From the NCBI GenBank assembly GCA_902615745.1, contig CACMQB010000002.1, forward strand, positions 151,936 through 215,935: a DNA stretch of 64,000 nt, given 5' to 3'. The stretch is from an uncultured Alphaproteobacteria bacterium (GTDB taxonomy: Bacteria; Pseudomonadota; Alphaproteobacteria; HIMB59; GCA-002718135). Below the pieces are notes generated by a model. The model was given only the letters and a program-made list of their open reading frames with translations. It was not told the origin of the DNA and made no database searches. Positions 57,772 to 64,000 of this stretch are shown here, one piece after another. A program made the position numbers and the translations under genes. Positions within the stretch are counted from its first letter, which is position 1. Each line of letters begins with the position of its first letter.

Positions 57772-58830
57772 TTATAATTTTTTTGCTGCACTAGTTTCTT
57801 TTATATTTGTTAGCTTCGTATATCTATCTATCATTTGCGTTGTCTTATGACCGCTTTGAGCCATAATTTCATGAGTAGGTACTCCATTCATTCTAGCTTG
57901 AGTAATCGAACCTATTCTTAAGCTGTGACCAGAAATTTTATCACAATTTTCTATACCTGCGTCCTCAGCTCTTTTCTTTAAAATTAAAACAAAACTTGTG
58001 TCAGTCAAACTTACTTTTTGATTCTTATTATTAAGAATATATTTTTCTATATTATTAGCTTTGTTAATTTTATAAAAGAGTGGACCTGAATCAATTAGCG
58101 CTACCTCTAACCAATTCTTTAACGCAGATACGGGGCAATAAGGTGAATTATTTTTAGGTAAATAGATCATTCTTCCTTCACCTTTTTGATCAGTCTTAGA
58201 AAAAGGTATTAATACTTGAACACCATCTTCTTCAAAATTTAGATGTTCGTATTTCATGCCTAAAAGCTCAGATCTTCTACAAAAACTATAAAAACCAATT
58301 AAAATAAGAGCTCTATCTCTTATATTTCTAAAATCATCGTTATCATTTGGAATTTTATCAATAATTTTTTCAATATCTGCTTTTAACAACTCTCTTGCTT
58401 GACCAGATTTATTATTTTTTTCATCTCTTACAATTGCACTAATTGTTTCGGAAATATTAGGATTTTTTCTATCAAATTGAAATCCGTTAACTCTATATTT
58501 ATATGTAATAGATGCTAAGATTCTTTGTATAGTGGAAGCTTTATAGGCAGTAGAGGAGTAGGGGTTGTTATTTACATTTTCTCTACCTGGTATGTTGCTC
58601 GATCCTTTGAGTATTTTCGCTTCTGGATCTTCATGTAGCCAGTCCATATAATTGGCTGTTAATGCGTAAGCACTATCTAGATCATCAACATCTAAAGGAC
58701 TGCAATTGTATTTATTTTCGCAATAATCTATAAACTTTAACCAATCTCCTTGATATTTATCCTGAGTATTTTTAGCTTTGGATTTTTCCTTTAGCTTACT
58801 TACGTTTTCATTTAGTGATATTTTAACCAT
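57772..58830 (-). CDS. tyrosine-type site-specific recombinase/integrase
   Basis: Catalytic residues in order: FCRRSEL (R), GHSLRIG (HxxR), SGHKTTQMIDRYT (H...Y). Confidence 0.85.
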   Translation of the reverse strand: MVKISLNENVSKLKEKSKAKNTQDKYQGDWLKFIDYCENKYNCSPLDVDDLDSAYALTANYMDWLHEDPEAKILKGSSNIPGRENVNNNPYSSTAYKASTIQRILASITYKYRVNGFQFDRKNPNISETISAIVRDEKNNKSGQARELLKADIEKIIDKIPNDNDDFRNIRDRALILIGFYSFCRRSELLGMKYEHLNFEEDGVQVLIPFSKTDQKGEGRMIYLPKNNSPYCPVSALKNWLEVALIDSGPLFYKINKANNIEKYILNNKNQKVSLTDTSFVLILKKRAEDAGIENCDKISGHSLRIGSITQARMNGVPTHEIMAQSGHKTTQMIDRYTKLTNIKETSAAKKL

Positions 58831-58991
58831 ATTATATATTACGATAATTACAGTTATCGTAAATAATAGTCAAGTGATAAATATAATCATTACAAATCAA
58901 TTATTTATATATATTATCTAACTCTATTTATAATATTATAAACTAGATATAGATTTTCACGTGTAATAAAATACTGTATATAGTGTATTAA

Positions 58992-59717
58992 ATGGAACAA
59001 TTACCGCAGATTTCAGCTGATTCCCAGATCTTTGTATTAACCGGTGCTGGTATAAGTAAAGAGTCTGGGATTGAAACATTCAGAGACTCTAATGGACTAT
59101 GGAATAATCATAGGATTGAGGATGTTGCGAGTCCAGAAGGATTCTATAGAAACCCTACTCTTGTCTATGATTTTTATAATAAACGTCGTAAAGAACTAAA
59201 TTCAGGAATTAAGCCAAATAAGGCCCATATACTTCTTCATGAATTAGAAAAAACATATAAAATTCATATAGTTACACAAAATATCGATAATTTGCATGAG
59301 ATCGGAGGATCATCATCAATAATTCATATGCACGGTGAGCTAAATAAAGCGAGATGTATAATGAATGATAATCATGTATTTGAGTGGCTAGAAGACCTAA
59401 ATGAGACTCATAAATGCCCTAAATGCGGATCTCAAATGAGACCTCACATTGTATGGTTTGGTGAAATGCCGATGCAAATGGATGAAATTCATGATTTAGT
59501 CGAACAATCTAGTCTATTTGTTTCTATTGGTACTTCAGGGCAAGTCTACCCTGCTGCTGGATTCGTTTCGATGTTTAAAGATATGCGCAAACCAACAATT
59601 GAGTTAAATCTGGAGCCATCAAGTAATCAAGATCAATTTGATTTTGCAATTCATAAACCAGCTACAGCTGCTGTTGAAGAATTTAAAAACTTACTTTTAA
59701 GTAATAATAATAACTAA
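58992..59717 (+). CDS. cobB: NAD-dependent protein deacylase (sirtuin, CobB type)
   Basis: GAGISKESGIETFRD, TQNIDNLH, HGEL and CPKCG...RPHIVWFGE. 241 aa. Confidence 0.85.
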   Translation: MEQLPQISADSQIFVLTGAGISKESGIETFRDSNGLWNNHRIEDVASPEGFYRNPTLVYDFYNKRRKELNSGIKPNKAHILLHELEKTYKIHIVTQNIDNLHEIGGSSSIIHMHGELNKARCIMNDNHVFEWLEDLNETHKCPKCGSQMRPHIVWFGEMPMQMDEIHDLVEQSSLFVSIGTSGQVYPAAGFVSMFKDMRKPTIELNLEPSSNQDQFDFAIHKPATAAVEEFKNLLLSNNNN

Positions 59718-59811
59718 TTTATTCACGTCATTAAGTTTATTTAAATTTAATCTAGTTTTTTCATTTAAAATTATTAATTTATTTAAAAAAATTATTACTT
59801 TTGGAGGATAA

Positions 59812-60135
59812 ATGAAAAAAGGATATTGGGTAGGACAAGTAAAAGAAATTAAAAATGAAGAAAAATGGGGACAATATTTAGAGAAATTTATGAATATTGT
59901 TTCAGAGGAAGCAGAAAAGAAATCAGGAAATTTTGTATTTACTGCTGGTAGTGAACCAAAGCACTATGTTCAAAAGAATTTTGATTTATTATTTTCTGCA
60001 GTTGTTGAATTTAATAGCGTGCAGGACGCAATAGATGGTTACAATGATCCTCGATACCAAGAAGCTTTAGCACTTTTAGGTGAAAATAAAGAGGATGTTG
60101 TTGTAAGAAATTTAGTAATTATAGAAGCACCTTAA
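59812..60135 (+). CDS. DUF1330-like dimeric alpha/beta-barrel protein
   Basis: 107 aa with a YWVGQV start and FNSVQDAIDGYNDPRYQEA pattern. RBS ggagga. Confidence 0.55.
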   Translation: MKKGYWVGQVKEIKNEEKWGQYLEKFMNIVSEEAEKKSGNFVFTAGSEPKHYVQKNFDLLFSAVVEFNSVQDAIDGYNDPRYQEALALLGENKEDVVVRNLVIIEAP

Positions 60136-60197
60136 ATAGTTAAATATAAATAAATGCATCTATATTCAAATAAAAGAAATATAATAAAGGACGTATT

Positions 60198-60467
60198 ATG
60201 AAAATAATCATGAATGTTAAATTAAAAGAAGGTTATGAAAAATGGAAAAATCTTTTTCTCAGTGTTGATACTCATAGAGAAAAATATGGAATAAAAGTTT
60301 TAGCATATGGCCATCCGAAAGATGATGAAACTAAAATTTATCAGGTTTTAGAGATTGAATCGATGGAAAAAATGCAACAGGCTATGCAAGATCCAGAATT
60401 AGCAAAACTTAGAACTGATGCTGGTGTTGATTTAGATAGCCAGGAATTAGTTTTTTTAGTTGAGTAG
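60198..60467 (+). CDS. hypothetical 89-aa soluble protein
   Basis: RBS aaggac, open frame, non-biased composition. No motif recognised. Confidence 0.45.
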   Translation: MKIIMNVKLKEGYEKWKNLFLSVDTHREKYGIKVLAYGHPKDDETKIYQVLEIESMEKMQQAMQDPELAKLRTDAGVDLDSQELVFLVE

Positions 60468-60492
60468 AGATTTTATTGATGGAAAGATAAAA

Positions 60493-61488
60493 TTAAATTA
60501 GATGTTTTAAATTACAATGATCCATTAGATGTTTTTTATTTGGTTTAAAAGCATCATTTACTGGAACATTAATTTTTTTTCCATGAAATACTCTATAACT
60601 TTCTGAATTTAATGCTTCGGCATCAAGTATAATATTGTAATTGTCATCTATACCTAATTTACCAGAATGCCAAAGACGATGTAGATCTGCTCTTAAGGGA
60701 ATACCATTCTTAATATCATTTCCTTTATCACCGCTATTTACATATGGATCTATATGATTTGCTTCAATAGCCTCTGGTAAATCACAACCACTAATACAAC
60801 ATTTAAATTTATATGCTGATAAAACTTTAATTCTAAATTCATTTTGTTTTTTTCTATAATTTTTATTTTGTATTTTATCTTCTCTATTTTTTAAATCTCC
60901 TTTATCAAAAGTTTCATCATTTTCTGAAAAAATTAGATCAGATTTTGTTTTTCTTAATTTGTTGAAGATTATTTCAAAATCATCTTCTTTAGGTAAAATT
61001 AATTTAGAATTAATTTCTTTATTTTTATTTCTTATTACTAATTTTTCACTAAGATTATTCATAAAAAAATCATAAAAAATATGATTAGATGATATTAAAT
61101 ACGCATTTAAATTATTTGAATTTTTAATATTAAATAATATTAACAAAGGTGTTTTTTCACCACGCATATTTAATTTATAATAATATACAATAGTGTCCCT
61201 TAATGACGGTAACTCGTGTTCATATCCACTTCTAAACTTAGGGCTTCTTGCACCTCTTTCTGGATCAATAATTGGGTCATTAAACAATATTGTATCAATT
61301 TTTGTTGAGTTATTTCTAGAATAAAAAATTTGTAAACTTGTAGGTATTTTTTGAGGAATTTTCCATTTATCAATAAAATTTTCTGATAAACCAATGTGAG
61401 TTTGATGGCTATTAGTTAATCCAAGTTCTGCTTGACTAACAGTTTTATATGTTATGCGATCTACTACTAATTTCATTTCAAAAACCAA
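60493..61488 (-). CDS. HNH-motif nuclease, probable restriction endonuclease
   Basis: C-terminal CCISGCDLPEAIEANHIDPY...NGIPLRADLHRLWH (HNH). Its start overlaps the stop of the upstream methyltransferase gene. Confidence 0.7.
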   Translation of the reverse strand: MVFEMKLVVDRITYKTVSQAELGLTNSHQTHIGLSENFIDKWKIPQKIPTSLQIFYSRNNSTKIDTILFNDPIIDPERGARSPKFRSGYEHELPSLRDTIVYYYKLNMRGEKTPLLILFNIKNSNNLNAYLISSNHIFYDFFMNNLSEKLVIRNKNKEINSKLILPKEDDFEIIFNKLRKTKSDLIFSENDETFDKGDLKNREDKIQNKNYRKKQNEFRIKVLSAYKFKCCISGCDLPEAIEANHIDPYVNSGDKGNDIKNGIPLRADLHRLWHSGKLGIDDNYNIILDAEALNSESYRVFHGKKINVPVNDAFKPNKKHLMDHCNLKHLI

Positions 61489-62516
61489 TTATTATCTAAT
61501 AATAGAATTAATATAGATTCAACTACTTTAACAGTTACAGCATTGCCAGCTTGCATATATAATTGAGTATCAGATACGCCTGCGTTATAGGCTTTTTTTA
61601 CAAAATTATCTTTGAAACCTTGTAATCTGAAAGCTTCTAAAGGTGTAAGGCGTCTTATCCATTTTTGTTTTTTGTCTCCCAAAATAAATTTATTAGAGTA
61701 ATAATTATCTTGATGAGCTCTATGCATCTTAACCATCGTTTTGGTTAATGGCCTTGCTATTTCAAGATCTATTTCTGATTTTTGATAGTATCCACCCGTT
61801 CCATGACTAAGTATTGTTTTAAGTATTTGTTTAGAGAGAATATATTTAGGATTTACTTCTTTTAACAAAATATTTTTTGTTGTTTTTGTACTTTTAATTA
61901 TTTTAGGATTAGGTAATCCTATTTTAATGTCTAACTCTTTTTTGCATCCATAAATAAAAACACGACGTCTTGTTTGTGGAACACCATAATCTTTGCTATC
62001 CAATTTAAATAAATCAGTTTTATAACCAAGTTTTTCTAAAGTATTCATTATTGTCATAATAGTTTTTTTATTATCAATTGTTAAAATTCTATTTACATTT
62101 TCTAAAATAAAATATTTTGGTTTAATGGAATGTAAAATTGCAGCAATATCAAAAAACAATGCTCCCCTATCATCATTTAGGGAGTTTTGATTGCCCATCT
62201 TGCTAAATGATTGACAGGGAAACCCTGCGAATAATAAATCAAATTTAGGAATATGTTTTTTGATATGTGTAGATCTATTTTTATTAGTAAAATTATTAAT
62301 ATTGCAATCTACTTTTTTATAGGAGGTTATTTTTTTTATATCATCTATAAAAAATTCATTATTCGTATTAAAGTTAGCTTTATAAGTTAATTGGCAATAT
62401 TTATCTATTTCACTCCAACCAGTAAACTCAAAATCTAATTTATTTTTTTTAAAGACTTTTTCTGCTCCGACTCTAAACCCTCCTACTCCAGCAAACAAAT
62501 CAAATACTTTAATCAT
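61473..62516 (-). CDS. DNA (cytosine-5)-methyltransferase (M2)
   Basis: Motif I DLFAGVGGF, IV GFPCQSFS, VI ENV, VIII QTRRRVF, X GNAV. Confidence 0.9.
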   Translation of the reverse strand: MIKVFDLFAGVGGFRVGAEKVFKKNKLDFEFTGWSEIDKYCQLTYKANFNTNNEFFIDDIKKITSYKKVDCNINNFTNKNRSTHIKKHIPKFDLLFAGFPCQSFSKMGNQNSLNDDRGALFFDIAAILHSIKPKYFILENVNRILTIDNKKTIMTIMNTLEKLGYKTDLFKLDSKDYGVPQTRRRVFIYGCKKELDIKIGLPNPKIIKSTKTTKNILLKEVNPKYILSKQILKTILSHGTGGYYQKSEIDLEIARPLTKTMVKMHRAHQDNYYSNKFILGDKKQKWIRRLTPLEAFRLQGFKDNFVKKAYNAGVSDTQLYMQAGNAVTVKVVESILILLLDNNWFLK

Positions 62517-63663
62517 TATTTAAACTCTCTACAGCTTCGCAAAGAGCTTTAGCCATTAAAGGTGGGACTGCATTACCTATCTGCATATAGGTTTTTGATA
62601 AAGGGCCGCAAAAGAAGAATGTATCGGGAAAACTTTGAATTCGAGCAGCCTCTCTTGGTGTTAAGCCACGTGCTTGTGTTGGATGAATATACATATTACA
62701 ATCAAATTTCATATGAGAAGTAATAGTTTTACTAATTTTATCTTCTACTAATTTGTAATACTTATCTTTAAAAATATGATTTCTTGAAGTGTAAGGCATT
62801 ATATCAGATATAGATTTATGAGTAGAATCAGCACCTTGTGGTAATCTTTTAAAAATTTCAATATCTCTTTCGTTATTAAAGCGAGCTTTATGATTAAAAA
62901 TTGATTTTGGTACTTGTCCATAATTAATTAAATCTAAATATTTATTAGATTTAAATTCTTTAATATCTTCAACAAAATAACCAGATATCCCAATCTCATT
63001 TTTAGTATCATTTTTTTTAGGATGAGGTTTTAGCGGTCTTAAACCAAATAATGCATCTTTAAGAAAATATTTTTTATTCTCTTTCTCTTTATCGTCAATT
63101 AACTTAAAAAATTTCTCAACTTTTGATATTAATTTTTTTTTTACTGCAAAAAAAATAACCCTTCTTCTATTTTGAGGTATACCAAAACTACTTGCCTGCA
63201 AAACTCTGTAATCTGCAGAATATCCTATATCATCTAATTCAGAAATGATGTCATTAGCCTTATTTTTAATGCCAACGACATTTTCAATTATTACGAATTT
63301 AGGATTAGTATTAGAGATAAATTTCAAAAAATATTTATATAATTCATTTCTTGGGTCGTTAATAATATTTTGTCTATTGGCCGTGCTAAAACCTTGACAA
63401 GGAGGTCCGCCCATAACTAAATCAAATTTATTATCATAAACTAAATTAGATTTAATTTTAAATAAACTCTTAATATTTTCATTTAAGATATTTGCAGTTT
63501 TACTTTTATGATTATGTTTAAAAGTTTCTATTGAATATTTGTCTATATCTATTGCAAAGTCGATACTATGACCTCTTTTATAAAAAGGCAGGGATAATCC
63601 GCCTGCTCCACAAAATAAATCAGCAATTCTCAATGATTTTGACATTTTGATTTTTTCTATCAT
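62509..63663 (-). CDS. DNA (cytosine-5)-methyltransferase (M1)
   Basis: Motif I DLFCGAGGL, IV GGPPCQGFS, VI ENVVG, VIII QNRRRV, X GNAVPP. Confidence 0.9.
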   Translation of the reverse strand: MIEKIKMSKSLRIADLFCGAGGLSLPFYKRGHSIDFAIDIDKYSIETFKHNHKSKTANILNENIKSLFKIKSNLVYDNKFDLVMGGPPCQGFSTANRQNIINDPRNELYKYFLKFISNTNPKFVIIENVVGIKNKANDIISELDDIGYSADYRVLQASSFGIPQNRRRVIFFAVKKKLISKVEKFFKLIDDKEKENKKYFLKDALFGLRPLKPHPKKNDTKNEIGISGYFVEDIKEFKSNKYLDLINYGQVPKSIFNHKARFNNERDIEIFKRLPQGADSTHKSISDIMPYTSRNHIFKDKYYKLVEDKISKTITSHMKFDCNMYIHPTQARGLTPREAARIQSFPDTFFFCGPLSKTYMQIGNAVPPLMAKALCEAVESLNND

Positions 63664-63863
63664 ATATTATTAATTTTTGAATATTTTAAATTGAAATTAG
63701 AGATTCAATTCCTTGCTTTGTCTGTTCTAATTGTGAAATAACAGATAATGAATCTGATGAAGATACATGTGTGTTACCCTATTAGGTTGAAATTATGATT
63801 TGTTCTTAATATTACCTTAATCATTTCTCATTTTTATCAAAATTTATTTTTATAGAAGTTTTA

Positions 63864-64000
63864 GTGGCACCAGTTATCAAAAGAGTTATAATTTTTCTAT
63901 TATCCCTCCTTATTATTGTTCTCCTTCTAGCTGGTGCTGCTAAAGGTGATCAGTTATTAAGTTCTAAAGAATTTATTAAAAAAGAACTTCCTCTTGACCA
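63864..64000 (+). CDS. possible 5' end of a membrane-anchored/secreted protein, truncated by window edge
   Basis: A GTG start opens VAPVIKRVIIFLLSLLIIVLLLAGAAKGDQ..., which runs to the window end. Only 45 codons are visible. Confidence 0.3.
   Translation, partial: MAPVIKRVIIFLLSLLIIVLLLAGAAKGDQLLSSKEFIKKELPLD

Larger units (their letters stand above)
56739..63719. mobile_element. candidate integrase-associated genomic island bounded by an imperfect 18-nt direct repeat
   Basis: gattcaattccCAgcttt (56739-56756) versus gattcaattccTTgcttt (63702-63719), 16/18 identical. The interior holds the integrase, accessory genes and a restriction-modification operon. Confidence 0.3.

Noticed and set aside
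58992-59717. Sir2-domain protein next to an integrase and a restriction-modification system, considered as a possible SIR2-type antiphage effector (Thoeris, DSR or SIR2-HerA like)
   Set aside because: It is a 241-aa stand-alone protein with the complete canonical CobB/sirtuin motif set (GAGIS..SGI.TFR, QNID.LH, zinc-ribbon CPKCG, VWFGE). It has no SLOG, HerA, pAgo or other partner domain or gene, so a housekeeping-type deacylase is the simpler call.
30650-61394. Short antisense or shadow ORFs in the second half of the window. Minus strand: 30650..30841, 34715..34903, 38528..38749, 39800..40045, 44437..44724, 45528..45725, 46443..46655, 49133..49315, 50292..50489, 61200..61394. Plus strand: 46983..47171, 55128..55328.
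   Set aside because: Same reasoning as above: each is embedded in or overlaps a well-supported gene on the other strand or frame, with no independent support.
1-64000. Search for CRISPR arrays, tRNA or rRNA genes, IS elements with terminal inverted repeats, reverse transcriptases and toxin-antitoxin pairs
   Set aside because: No regularly spaced direct repeats, cloverleaf-compatible intergenic sequence, transposase or RT motifs were seen. Every gap longer than 100 nt is accounted for above.

Overview
This is a very AT-rich, gene-dense window with tiny or overlapping intergenic gaps and Asn/Lys/Ile-rich proteins. It looks like a streamlined marine alphaproteobacterium (SAR11/Pelagibacterales-like); that assignment is an inference from composition and gene content, not a search result.

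I support about 72 CDSs. I found no rRNA, tRNA or CRISPR array. Apart from a cold-shock protein, I found no recognisable DNA-binding transcription factor.

Layout:
- 1-30.6 kb: core metabolism. Genes include pcm, a MATE exporter, rlmJ, csp, djlA, anmK, a tandem glycine riboswitch followed by gcvT-gcvH-gcvP, rseP, a cysE/CysK-like/cystathionine-lyase operon, an ABC-2 exporter, a photolyase-related protein and a DmdA-like GcvT-family enzyme with two EamA transporters.
- 30.6-49.6 kb: a compositionally mosaic carbohydrate island. It has two sugar ABC importers, GH127, GH51 and GH2 hydrolases, oxidoreductases and a DHDPS-family enzyme. Its odd feature is one MalF-type permease gene against four MalG-type genes in the first system.
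- 50.2-55.8 kb: a compact cyclic-nucleotide/ion-channel cluster. Two class III cyclases flank a cNMP-binding MscS-like channel and a minimal Kv-type K+ channel.
- 56.7-63.7 kb: a tyrosine-integrase-associated accessory segment ending in a restriction-modification operon (two C5-methyltransferases plus an HNH nuclease). It is possibly bracketed by an imperfect 18-nt direct repeat.

Leads I rank highest for novelty:
- the 1:4 permease stoichiometry with divergence focused on the first periplasmic loop;
- the cyclase/channel cluster;
- an unassigned terminator-containing leader RNA upstream of a CDA-fold deaminase;
- an apparently domain-permuted photolyase-family protein.

All functional calls rest on motif recognition by eye. 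No database search was run.
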